A stretch of DNA of 64,000 nt from Octopus vulgaris. Lineage: Eukaryota. The translations under genes and the position numbers were made by a program. Under the pieces are notes generated by a model. That model ran no database searches, was not told the origin of the DNA, and was given only the letters and a program-made list of their open reading frames with translations. The stretch spans positions 50,778,001 through 50,842,000 of the forward strand of contig OX597815.1 in NCBI GenBank assembly GCA_951406725.2, given 5' to 3'. Positions 51,001 through 64,000 of this stretch are shown here, piece by piece; position 1 is the first letter of the stretch; every line of letters begins with the position of its first letter.

Positions 51001-54000
51001 TCCTTACTGATATGGGTTGGATGCAGTTTTTATTGCTTGCTATCCTTCCAAATACTAAAATATTTTCCCTGCTGCCCCAAATAGTATAGCAGTTTTATTT
51101 TGAAACAGTGCCCTCCAGATTAGAAACCTTAATTGTATTTTTTTTTTGTGTGTGTGTATGTGCATGCATATGTACGTGTGTGTGTGTTGATTTTAATGAA
51201 TGGAACTAGTGCTCAGTACTGTAGAAGATAGAAATAGTTTATTTTGGTTGATCTAGTGGCCTACCTGATAAGTATAGTTCTTCAGACAGGGGTAGCCTAG
51301 ATATTTCAATCTATTCTAGTTAGAAGAACTTGCTACATGACTGGGAAACTCCAATGTAACAGCCAACTCAGCATAACATTCTACATGCTATATACAGATA
51401 TAGAAGGGTTTCACATGTAACATAGTCAAGTAATCAGTTGACAAAATTTTCTTCATGGATGTTTTATGGTTTAAAACAGCAAACAAATTACCAATAAGAT
51501 CGATTGAGTAAATTTTTTTTGACAAAGTAATCTCAAAGTGGATCTGGTCTTCAAAACCAACTAGTGAAAGCAGCATATATATTTACTGTTCCATAATAAT
51601 ACCTATTCTTCTCAATTGGTATTGTGTGTGTATTGGGTGGTATGTGATTGATATATAAAAATTATGATGGTTTATCTAAATAATGCAGTGTGTCATTGTT
51701 TTGAATTTATAAGAATTTGCATAACAGATATGAATCAATATCAGTATCAGTACAGAAATTTAGAAGCAACCAGTTAAATGGTAAGGAAGGTAGCAGCCCT
51801 TTGTGTGTATGGAGAGTGTTGAGTATTTACTAGGTTATGAGCAAGTGAAAGATTACAAAAAGAGAGCACTTTGTGAAGAAATTTGCTGTGATGTTTAAAT
51901 AAGTTTGCCAAGGCTTTTTCAATTTTATCACATTTGTCTACTAGTGTTAGGAATTGCTTACCTATATTAAGTCTTAACAGTTAAAGGGATGTGGGTGCAC
52001 ATGTGTGTTTGTGTTAGCACTTGTATGTTGTGTCTATGCGTTGAATGCATAGTTATTATCTTGTTTCTTCTTTTAACACTCCATCTTCTTCCCTCACTTG
52101 TGTTTGCATGCATATGTGAGTGCCTATATGTATACACTTAGAAATCAACTTCTCATATCATTGCTTTGGCTATTAACCTCCTATGGCCTACTGTTCTTAC
52201 TGGTTGACTCCTCTCTCTCATTTTTCTAAACCTCGTCAACTTTATTTACAGCCATCCAACACATTTCCAAAACATTAGAATTCACCTCTTCTCATGGCAC
52301 ACAAACTTATTCAATTTTTATTAATTCTGACTGATTGGTTAGGTTGATAAACAGGAAGTTTAAATTGACAATTTCCTCTGTATTCTAAAGCTGGTCTAGA
52401 ATTTCTCTAAGCATGATCATCTAATGGCACAATCATCCAAATTTGACAAATACCAATCTTAATAAATATCAAACATAGTTTTAAAAAGCTATTAATTTTA
52501 TCAGATATTTACTTTCACCTTTCTTAATGTGTCCCTCAAGGAACCATATTTGATAATCCAATTAATATCATCTGATTCCTTCTCTCATGAATTTACATTA
52601 ATATGTTCTTAGGTCAGTGTTCATATATAAACTTTCTTACATAATTTTCTTCTCAATTCTCATAGCAATCATATTTTTAATTTCTCTGTTGCTGTATGTT
52701 CAGCAATATCAGTGTGTTATGTTTAATTCTGCAACACAACTCTCAGTGTAGTCTTGTGATAATTTTTTACTGTTTGCTTACATGCCAGCCTCTGTTTGCT
52801 TATAAAGTTTTATGCATAAATATTCATCTATGCTTGAAAATAATATTAATTCTGTCACCATCTTATCAACTCATAACCACAACATTTTCAACAACTTCCC
52901 TCTACTCATTCTTCTAATGACTACAAAGTTCACTCTGATCTTGTCCAGAATATCAAGATGTTCAAATTAGAACTAATAATTCAAAATGATTGCTATATTT
53001 CTAAATATCCAAACTTAGAATTTGTTTTAAAGAGTTTTGCACGGAGTCTTTAGTGCTCTACGTTCAGATTCTCTTGATTTTATTAATGTTATCTTAACTG
53101 TTTCAGCCTAAACAATCAGTTAAAATACCCTTTCAACTGAAATATGTTTTCAAGATAATCATAATTTTCAGCATCACAAAATTTAAATGAATATATTAAA
53201 AACCAGTAAAAAAGAAAGAGAAGGCGATCCAATTGTTATAAATGATATTATAATCTTTTTTTTTTTTTTAGTTATATTTTCAAATAGATCTTTTGAGTAT
53301 AAGTTTACTGAAATACATTCTCTTCTCTCTTGCTGAAAAGTAGACAACTATTTGGAAAAATATGTATTTCACTTAATTTATTTTTGCATGATTGAAATTA
53401 ATTAAAGAAAGACAGATCGAAGAATTTCTGCATGTATTGGATGTTATGTTATATTCATGTAATGAAAAAGAGATTTAGTCATTGAACTAATATTAGATTA
53501 TTTCTCATATATTGTAGAAGCTCCACAATTAAATCTTTAATAACTGATTTTTTTATGATAATCCTGTATCAGTATTTTTACAGTATAGGTGAATCTACTT
53601 AGCATGATGAAGATTATTTAAGAGATTATCTGTTGTTCTACATAGGGGATTAAATCTCATCAGTATTTCTGTATGACAACAACTTAGGCAAAAAGTAATA
53701 GAGAAGCTCATTTGCACTTAAATAGATTCTGTTATTCAACTAGCCCAAGAATGTTTTAACTAATTATCCAGTTTTTCTGCTAATCCTCTTCTTTCAATTT
53801 TATCAATGCAAAATACTTGAAAAATGATTGTACTCTAGTTATTTTCAGAGAGCTACATTTTGAGAGTCAGTTCAGTCAGTATTCCAGTGGAATCTATTTA
53901 TAATTGCCAATAATACCTTATTTACTTAATCTACAGAGGCATAATAAATCCACTCTAAATTTGTCATAAGATTTATCTGCAGGACATATCTATAGACAAG

Positions 54001-55935
54001 ATTAGTTGAATTTAGATACTTGTTTGGTTTATTAAAACAAGAAAAGGGACAATGTCAATATTATTATTGTTGTTGTTGTTGTCGATAAGTTTATTGCTGT
54101 TATTGTTTTTTAATTTGTTATACATACAGCGTGCTCTGGTCATGACAACTGTTAGAATAAACTACTAATAGATGAGATGGCATTTTAAGGTGATGATACA
54201 AGCATTTTTTTTTATACTTTGTTACTGTTTTCTTAATTACCACGAAGTCAGAAAAAAATGTAGCAAATAAAGAAACATTGAAATTAACTAACTCAGCCAT
54301 TTGCTAAGTGTCAAATGTAATGTATTCTCTTAGTGAGACAAATATATAGCTTGTTTGTCATTGTAAACTTATCACTGTTATTTCATTACTGTGTATAAAT
54401 TTTTTCTATTGATTCTTTCAAAGAATATTATTCTTTATTGCAGTAACCATTTTTTTACCTACAAATTCAGTGAGTAGAACTAGCTTTCAGACTGATATGA
54501 TAATTAGAAATGTAGGGATCACAACACTGGAGTCACCAACATATTAGATAAAAATAGTTTTGACTGTCCACTCGAGGCGTATAGTATTTACTATATATGA
54601 TGGTTGATGTAAAAATGGTTACAAGAACTAGATGATGATTAGTCAATCCAACCACTTTAGAGATTCCACTCTGGATGGTCTTTTTATCTGTTGCCTTTTA
54701 CAAAGCTATGCTCTCTACCTATCTATCTATCTATCTATGTCTATCTTACTAAATGTGTGTATCCATGTAAGTTGGTGGATGCATTATATGAAACCAGAAA
54801 ACTACAAAGGGGAATGGCAAGGAGAAACATAACAGATACACTGATATGCATGTGGCTCTCTAAATATGAAGGAACAAATTTTCCTTGTATTCTTTTGAAT
54901 ATAGTTGTGAACAAGCAACATAAACTTTAATCCTATCAAAAAAAAACAATTAGAGTGTAGACAAACTAGGTAAGGCTGAAACGACTACATCAGATCATGT
55001 GTTTGGAAACTGAGTGATGTTACCTTTATTCTGAGAAGTAGATAGAAATATAATGGTAGACACACTGAGGTATACTTGACACATTGCAAGTTTTATTATT
55101 GAAGTAAACTTGGAATACTATTGAATACAAGAAATATACAAGCTTTAGAGAAATAGTTTTTAAAAAATGAGTTCAAGGAACTATATTTTTAGGTTACACA
55201 AAAAGAAAGGTGTCAACTGTGTTCCTAACAAGAAGAGAAGTAGTGAGTGAAAAGTTTTATATATTAGGATGAGCAGCATGTGGGAGAGTGTCTCAGGGCA
55301 AAATATAATGTCATTGAAGGAAAGCATTACCAGTTTGATGAAAGTATGCTGAACAACAAAACCAATGGATTTGTCATTATGAGAAATTGCTGAGGAACAT
55401 TATAAATAGAAGAGGGAATGTCTCGTCCCTGTGGAGCCAACAGGAGACAGTGAGTAAAGCAATTAAAGACGTGGAGATATTAGAGTTGGGTAAGATGTAA
55501 TTTGAGTTTATGTTATGCTAGGAAATCATATATGCTGTATTTCTGGAGGATAAATTACTTGCAGAAGTACTTTGTAAAGGACAAACAACTTTATATCGCA
55601 TTTGTCAAATTACAGTAAGTCTTTAATAGAGTGCTCTTCTTCACTGTAATCTGTTGAGTCGTGAGGAATCATAATGTGGAATAAATAGCTTCAAACTTCT
55701 TCAAGTAATGAATGAGGAAGCTAAAAGTAAATCAGGACCAAATATATAGTTCAGTGAGAAAGTGATGGTCCACATAGGAGCTGTTTGTAACTGCCATCAC
55801 TGCATGTTAGGATTTGAGTCCATCAAAATGGATTTGTACCATATTCATAATTCGAAAGAAAGACTTTCAAAAGTAAAGCAATATATTGTCATGTATATAT
55901 GTATCATGCATTGAATCTTGTGTACATGTGTCTGC

Positions 55936-55982
<47 letters not shown>

Positions 55983-55983
<1 letters not shown>

Positions 55984-56166
55984 GCACAATAGTCCAGTGA
56001 TTAGGGCAGCTGACTCATGGTCATAGGATCACGGTTTCGATTCCCAGACTGAGCGTTGTCAGTGTTTATTGAGAAAAAACACCTAAAGCTCCACGAGGCT
56101 CCGGCAGGGGATGGTGGAAAACCCTGCTGTACTCTTTCACCACAACTTTCTCTCACTCTTTCTTCC
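55983..56166 (+). mobile_element. tRNA-derived SINE 5' portion, joined to an RTE fragment
   Basis: A-box-like TAGTCCAGTGA and B box GGTTTCGATTCC. The sequence switches abruptly to RTE coding sequence at about 56167. Confidence 0.7.
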
Positions 56167-56969
56167 AATGCATGTGTGCGAACAGCCATGCTTCATGGCA
56201 GTGAAACATGGGCTGTGACTGCAGAGGACATGCGTAGGCTCGAAAGAAATGAAGCTAGCATGATCCGCTAGATGTGTAATGTCAGTGTGCACACACGACA
56301 GAGTGTAAGCGCCCTGAGAGAAATGTTGGACATAAGAAGCATCGGATGTGGCATGCAAGAGAGACGTTTGCGCTGGTATAGTCATGTTTTACAGATGGAT
56401 GAGGAGAGCTGTGTGAAGTGCACTCCGAAACAGTTGAAGGAATCCAGGGTAGAGGTAGACCCAGGAAGACATGGGATGAGGTAGTGAAGCATTACCTTCA
56501 AACGTTGGGCCTCACAGAGGCAATACTGAAAGATCGAAACCTCTGTGACTGCGAAGACCTGGCAAATAAAGTGAGTTCACGGCTTTTGCATAACCAGCCC
56601 CAGCCCATTCAATAGTACCGTGGATCATAGTGTGACCTACTGTACTTGAGGAGACCTATTGAGTAAAGTACATCAGCATAAAAATGAAAATCAAATGGAA
56701 ATTGTAGTTGTGATACCCATGCTGGTGGCATGTAAAAAGCACCATCTGAATGTGGCCAATGCCAGTGGCGCCTTAACTGGCTTCCATGCCAGTGGCACGT
56801 AAAAAGCACTCACTACACTCACAGAGTGGTTGGCATTAAGAAGGGCATCCAGCTATAGAAACACTGCCAGATCAGACTATAGCCTGGTGCAGTCTCCTGG
56901 TTTCCCAGACCTCAATCGAACCATTCAACCCATGCTAGCATGGAAAACGGACGTTAAATGATGATGATG

Positions 56970-56971
<2 letters not shown>
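56167..56971 (+). mobile_element. 5'-truncated RTE-clade LINE (second family) with long 3' UTR and (TGA)n tail
   Basis: ACVRTAMLHGSETWAV...MIR*MCNV...RRLRWYSHV../..GRGRPRKTWDEVV shows RTE motifs with a premature TAG (56269-56271) and a frameshift. It ends ccatgctagcatggaaaacggacgttaaatgatgatga. Confidence 0.9.
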
Positions 56972-57018
<47 letters not shown>

Positions 57019-57628
57019 AAGTACAGTTCCAATGACTGTCCGTTTATAAGCATACATTTATATATAAAAATATAAAACATACGAGTGTTTATGTATGAAA
57101 TAATAGAAAAAGCAAGTAGACTAGAATAAATGCTGAGTAACTCATCTATGATACAATGAACACTCCCAACTCGAAATATCAAGCACCATTCCTTTGATTT
57201 GGCTGATAGCAGACTTAGAGGAGATTAGTTTTAAAATAGTACTTCTGTAGTTGCTGAACATGTCTTGTCCCTGTACGTAATATATTAGTAAGAGATTAAC
57301 ATAACTTCATTCTGTTATACATAATTTGTTTGTGTAGGGAGTTCAGTACACACCACCCACTAAAGATTAAATATACTCAACTGGTGTCTTCTACTCAGTG
57401 GATTTTTATAGTGTACTTTCATCATTGTTAAAAGCCTGTCTGGATTCACTAGGCTTCATATTTTGTTGTTTGTTGAATCACTCATATTGTTTTACAATAA
57501 GAAATGCCATCCTACTCAACATCACCGTCACTGAATATATGTATATATGTTTGTGTTTGTACATATGTGTGTATGTGTAAGTGTGTGTATACATTTAGTG
57601 TGTGTGTGTATGTATAGATATATATATA

Positions 57629-58024
57629 GGAGTAGCTGTGTGGTAAGTAACTTGCTTACCAGCCACATGGTTCCAGGTTCAGTCCTACTGCATGGCACCT
57701 TGGTCAAATGTCTTCTACTATAGCCTCGGGCTAACCAAAGTCTTGTGAGTGGATTTGGTAGACGGAAACTGAAAGAAGCCCGTCGTATATGTGTGTGAGC
57801 GTGTATATATTTGTGTGTCTGTGTTTATCACCCCAGCATCGCTTGACAACCAGTGTTTGTGTGTTTATACATCCCTGTAACTTAGTGGTTCAGCAAAAGC
57901 GATCGACAGAATAAGTACTGGGCTTACAAAGAGTAAGTCTTGGGGCCAACTTGTTCAACTAGAAAGGTGGTGCTCTAGCATGGCCGCAGTCAAATGACTG
58001 AAACAAATAAAAGAATAAAAGAAT
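57629..58024 (+). mobile_element. tRNA-derived SINE family B with internal (TG/TA)n and (AAAGAAT) tail
   Basis: A-box-like TAGCTGTGTGG, B-box-like GGTTCAGTCC, CORE-like ggcaccttggtcaaatgtctt and tail aataaaagaataaaagaat. Confidence 0.8.
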
Positions 58025-58732
58025 GCATGTATTATATAAACATGTACATTTACTAACTTACACACACACACTCACAAGCACTTATATATGCATATATGTG
58101 TGTGTATACATATGTGCATGAGTATATATATATGCATCTATATGTATGTCTGTGTTTATATATATATGAACATATATATAGACATATTTGAGGGCACACA
58201 CACATGCTTATGCACACACACATGCTTATGTGTGTATACATGTGTGTATGCAGTTCATATGCATATATTTGTGAATTATTATGCTTATCCATGTAAAACT
58301 GTTTGGTGAATGAATATGTTTTTGTGTATATGCACAGATATGACTTCTACATACATACGCTGTGTATGTGTTGATATTACTTTGCTTATGTAATGATTAG
58401 ATTTGTGTTTTATCATACTCAGCCTAGGACGCTGTGGACAGCAGCACAAAGAAATTTTAATTTCTTTCAGTTAACCCCACCCTTCATTTTTATATGGTAA
58501 GTTGCCAGATATCATACTTCATACATTCTCATCATATTTTAGCTTGTTGTCCAAATTAGGGAATGAGCTAGCTGATGACAGTTGTAAGCCCTTTCCTGAT
58601 ATGATGTCTGTTATGCTTTCTCATTCCATCTCCATTCTACTATTGCCTTCGTGGAATACTCCAAAGCTAAAATTAATTGCATTTGACTTGTACTCTGCAT
58701 GGCATGTGTGCATGTGTGTATGTATGTGTTTT

Positions 58733-58756
58733 ATATTATTATTATTATTGTTGTTG

Positions 58757-58845
<89 letters not shown>

Positions 58846-58863
58846 AACAACAATAATAATAAT
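58733..58863. repeat. (TTA)n/(TTG)n/(AAC)n microsatellite
   Basis: Visible directly in the sequence. Confidence 0.95.
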
Positions 58864-61519
58864 CAGATCTTTGTAATTTTTATAATAGTGTTTTATTTCT
58901 TTTAGACTAGATTATTGCATTTAGTTAATGAACTTCTGCAACATTTAAGGATTGATTGAAGTATTAGAAGATTAATTATTATATTCTCAGACTATTGTTT
59001 TAAAAACATAATCACATGGAGAAAATTTATACACACAGTTATTTCATGCTGAAATATGTTTTGTTTTGATAGTCACTGGGAGAGACATACATATTTGCCT
59101 CTGTCTCCATGGCACACTTCCTTCACGCCTACATTTTTTTCCCCTTCATGCACACAGACAAACATACACACATACACATTCACATTCATATATCGCTTTA
59201 TGTAGATATAACGATTTAGGTTGGGATGGGGGAAGTAACAAATTATGATGTCTATGACTTTAACAAGAGCATTAGCAACGGAAATTAAAACTTATTCCTA
59301 AATTCAATCCTCAGAGAAGATACACCTGTATTACAGTGCCAGCAATAATATAAAACTATTTCTACTGCCTCTTACCACCATCTCTCTCTCCTCTTTTCTT
59401 CTCTCTCTCTCTCTTTTCATATATATATACATGTATATATATATGTTTGGTGGTATGTATGTATATGTGAGTCATTTATGTATACATTAATAACAAAAAT
59501 TATACTCTGTACACATGTGTGTGTGTATATATATATATATATAAGTATATATATACACACACACATGCATACTTACATATACCACAAGACATCTTGTTTG
59601 ACATTTTAGTTATTCTACCTGTGCCTGCCCTGGGCTAGTTCTTTATTTGTTTTTCAGAGGTTAATAAATTTGGATTTGTATGGATATAAACTCAGGGTTT
59701 AGAGAACCAGCACAAATACTGCAAAACAATTATTCCATCATTTTCACAACTCTATTAGTTCGCCTTGTATACTATATGTATGTGCGTGTCTTTGTACAAA
59801 TGTGTATATATCCACACATCTGTGCTCTTAAATATAAGGATTTGTTTAAATATTTATCCATATCTGTTGAATTATAAACTTTTATTATGCAAATTATTTA
59901 ACTAAACCAAGAACAATGATTTTTTAAACTTTCCTTCTTTCAAGTGGAGGAATTTCCTCTTTGCTTCATGATACTTTTTTCTCTTCACTTCCTTTATCTC
60001 AACATGCTACATTACAGGCATTCATTGGGTGTGGCTTTTTACTTTTCTTTTGGTTTCGCACCAGACTTCTGTGATCAATGATTTATGTAAATTGCTTACA
60101 GCCTTCTGCTTGTCATGTCCAATGTCCACACTAAACCATCACTCAGTCTCAGAAGGTTCCATGATACTAGCCACCTGTGTACATAGATACCCTGAGGGTT
60201 TATTTTTGTCTTTTAAGTCTACTGTAGGAATACTTGCTCTCAAAATTAATTTCATCATTCATAAACGCTTGCTGTTAATACCAATGGGATACAATTGCCA
60301 GTGTAACAAGAAATAGATCATACTATTGATTTTGGACAGAATGTTCTGCTTTTGTCATTCACAACAGCAACAAATTGAGTGTTAGAATTGGATTGACTGT
60401 AAAATCTTCTAAGAGCATTTCACTTTAAAATGCATTCCTTATCCTGGCAATTCCTTTTGGAATTTATGTCCATTTCTCAATGACAATTTTAGTTTCAAAT
60501 GCTTTGAATGTAATAAGTGGCATTTAGTATTTCCCATTTCAAGTTACAGAATGTACCAAGATATCTGGTACTTTTTGATAGTATGATAGTGCTTTTATAG
60601 CTACAGCCAGCAAAATTACTGTTTGAAGTGCACACGCACTGTAATTATGTTTATCATCAAATAAATGCTCATGGAATACTACATTGTTTTCCTGATTCTC
60701 TTTCCTGTGTTTTTCTTGTCTTACAGCATTTCTATTTTATTTATTATTACATAACGCTTTTACATAAATATAATAAATATTAACATAAAATAATTACTTG
60801 CAATTATCTTTTGTTGATTGAAATCAAAATTAGTATTTTAATTATAAAAGCAAGCAAGACAAGCAGTAAAAAAATGTTTAGCAAATTATAAGTAAATTAA
60901 CCCTAATTCAAAATTAGCAATTTCTTTTTTCTAAATTTATAATTATTGTTAAAATTTATTTATTTATTCTTCTCCTTATACCTCATTTCCATGTTTATTC
61001 TTAAAAATCTCAATTCAACTTTTCTTGTTAGCCAACATGACCTAGAAGATAGTCTGCCAAGACATTTATTGATATAGTTTTTATAGCTTATGAAACAGCT
61101 ATTTACTTTTATAATTTTCTTATAATTTAGATTAGCTTCAAAATCAAATCATAATCAATACACACACTCACACACATTTGTTTTGTTTTTTTTATTAAAA
61201 TAATAATTTTCTCATAACTTGACAAATAATTATTTTTCTTTTATGAAATTTCAAAAATATTTTAAATGATACCACACTTATTAGATAGTTCAAAATACTA
61301 TTATTTTCTGTGATATATGTTATTTTTTTTTTTACAATAATTTCAGTTGTTATTTTTATACATAATACATTGTCAGATTCAGGGTAGTATTCAAACAGGT
61401 TTTATATTATCGGTAGATACTTAACCTCACTGCTAACACATATCTTACCCTGATCATTACAAAACTGAATGAAGAAAATTCTAACTTCTTAGCAACCCAC
61501 CATCATCATAAAATCTTAG

Positions 61520-62110
61520 TATTGTGTTGAGTCAAAAGTTTTGCAATATTTTAGTAACTTATTTGCTTCATTGATCAAGTTATGACAACAGCCTAGCATT
61601 CCAAGCAGAAGCCATCATGTTGCACTGTCTGAAACCACCTTTCTGCCAATTATTTGATCCCACACTGATACCAGCTCTTGTTCTTTAAAATAAAAAACAC
61701 CTTCACTGAAGCTTTCCCCCTCCTCTTAGTTGATGAAGTGTCACAAGCACAGGAAGTGAGCCATGGATCTGAACAAGTTATAATCCAAGGGCACCAGGTC
61801 CGGACTATATGCTGGGTGTGACATCAGTTTGATTCTCTTAAGTTCTTGGAGTTTATTCTAGGTCATTTGAACAGTATGATGTCTTGCATTGTCTTGCAAA
61901 AGAGCTCACTTTCTGTTGATATTTTTGCCATACAATGGCATACATCTGCTCCAACTGTTTGGAGTACAGGTTGGCATCAATGGTTTGACTGTCTGGAATA
62001 AAATCGTTGTGAACTATCTCCTCATAATTCCACCAGACACAGAGCATCACCTTGTGTTCAAAATACGCATGTTTGACGACAAGTTCCAACCATTACTTAT
62101 GGGCTGCTAA
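61520..62110 (-). mobile_element. Mariner (Tc1/mariner, D,D34D-type) transposon 3' remnant with one TIR
   Basis: Minus strand gives KVMLCVWWN..HNDFIPDSQTIDANLY, LLQDNAR and HPAYSPDLVPLDYNLF (YSPDL motif) across frameshifts and stops. TA plus ttgtgttgagtcaaaagt at 61520 resembles a mariner TIR. Confidence 0.88.
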
Positions 62111-63277
62111 TTTGACACTAAGAATGAAAATTGTACTGTCAAAGTATAAGGAATAAAAAATCTATTCGTTGGGTCCAAGTAACAGATATCTGTATGGTAA
62201 GCTCTGAAAAAGTTGTGATAGATTTATTGTGACTGGCCTTCAATAGGTGCAAGATGTTTAATTTAGTTCATAGATTATCATGTAACATTTACTTAAACCA
62301 CGCATCAAATTTGTTACATATCTTATGCTTATTTCTGCAAGGTGGCTTCTTTTTGTATTATGAATATATTGATCTCAAGTAGATTTTCCTTTGAATTTGA
62401 CAGCAAAAAACAAATCTTAGGAAAAGAGTCGACCTTCTCTCCAACAAGAGTCTTATGACCAACTTAGATTACTATTTAAAAATGAAGGTGGAAGTGCAAA
62501 AGGAAGACCTGATTATAAGTAAATTTTACAAGAGGAAGAAGAGTACTGTTGGTATTATATGGGTTTGTGTGGTAATGCTCCAGTTCTTGTCATTAGGCTG
62601 AAAGTGAATGTATGCCTGCGACATTGCATGATAGAAGTTTTTAGTGTTTTAAGTGGCTTAGTAGAGTATATCTTTTATTTCTCTTTACATTGATGTACAT
62701 ATGTTCAAAATCTTATACACTTACAAAAACCTCTATAGTTATATGTACATACATACACACACACACACACAGATAGATATAGGATTACAATGGTACAACC
62801 AGAAACTTTGCCTTTATGAGACCAAGCCATTTTAGAAACATATTTCCTTTTCCAAGCTACAACCAAACAAAGAAGGGGTTACTTAGCCCAACAAACTAAC
62901 AAAATATTAACTTATCGATTTTATCTAATTTGGTGAACTGGAGTATACTGAGTTAAGTACCTTAGTTCTAGAAGCATTTCAGTGCTGGTGATGAGTTTCC
63001 AAGAGTCTACTAGCTGTAATTATATATACACACATTGTATATATAGTGTGTTATTTAACATACTCTATTCTTTCTTACTTCTTTGTTTAATGTAAGCATT
63101 GCAGATATTATTGATAGTATTACTATGGCTTTAGGTGCAGAATGTACCTGATAAAATATTTTGTGGTATTTAATCATGCCTCTCTAAATTCCAAGTTCAG
63201 ATCCCACTGGTAAACAAATAAATATCCATTGTATTTTAAAAGATGATTTAATCCCCCATTCTCTTTCCCAAATATGA

Positions 63278-63490
63278 AGTGGATGGCCCAAGTGGTTGAA
63301 TGCTGGATAAAATAACTTGTGACATTTAATTGTGTCACTTTTAAGGTCTGTGTTCAATTCCCACCAGTATTAATTTCACTTTTCATCTTCCCAAAGATAA
63401 TAAAATAAATATTAGTCAAGTACTTGGGTCAATTTAATCAATTATAACTGCCTCAAAAGTGTTTAGACTTCAACTTTATATTTACTTGAA
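63278..63490 (+). mobile_element. Old SINE family A copy
   Basis: gttcaattcccacc...cttttcatcttccc...ttgggtcaatttaatcaa matches family A. Confidence 0.55.
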
Positions 63491-64000
63491 ACTTTATACT
63501 ACTGTGAATCCAAATTATTATATTTTCTAATTAATTAAATCTTATAGTTTTTTTATCTTTTAATCAAATGCTAAGCTCTGCAAAATAATTTTTTTATGAA
63601 ATAGGGGTTCAGTTTAATAAAAAACTTTACATTTAGTGCTTTTTAGATATATTTTTATTTTGTTCTGTATTCATTACAGATTAAGTTCATAGCTTTCAAA
63701 AAAGACAATTTAAGTTATTTATCCTGCTCTGGATACTGCTGGCTATCCTTTGGCTAGGTGTCGGGAAGAAAGAAAAAACTGTTCCTCCACTAATATATTG
63801 TTGAGTTGAAAGAGAGGTGTAAAAAAAGATGAGTTTGATTGTTTTTTTTCCCCTCCTCCAAAGTTACTTGTATTTTTAGCCTAAGATTTTCTCATTGTTA
63901 ACTGTTAGCAATACTACAATAACTCATTTAACTGTGGCATATGATCTCTATAAATCAGGTAGCTCATTTGAAATTCAGGACCACATCAGTTCTTATCAAC

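Noticed and set aside
52235-52335. Possible next basonuclin exon after tttatttacag
   Set aside because: The phase-1 translation (AIQHISK...) hits a stop and does not resemble ALDKL...; the acceptor-like sites at 43950 and 60726 fail likewise.

Overview
This is AT-rich, microsatellite-dense eukaryotic DNA. The repeat families suggest a coleoid cephalopod, probably Octopus (inferred, not proven). Only one host coding exon is recognisable: a 103-nt internal exon (29830-29932, +) encoding the Cys/His-rich N-terminal region of a basonuclin (BNC2-like) transcription factor. It is not in the supplied ORF track. No other exon of the gene was recognised, so much of the window is probably giant introns. 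The rest holds tRNA-derived SINEs of several families, LINE fragments (CR1/L2-like, RTE, R4/Dong-like), a mariner remnant, a hAT deletion derivative, a TTAA MITE and many microsatellites, which produce most of the listed ORFs. The most interesting observations are: (1) a head-to-head inverted pair of tRNA-headed SINEs whose tails carry a minimal Penelope-type hammerhead ribozyme motif, suggesting a SINE mobilised by Penelope-like elements; (2) a second, unrelated hammerhead-like motif at 35521-35600; (3) a young RTE insertion with the geometry of twin-priming 5' inversion inside a (TA)n tract; (4) a three-layer nested SINE/Dong/SINE insertion; (5) perfect palindromes made of homeodomain-type motifs in unique non-coding islands. 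All calls were made by eye, with no database searches.
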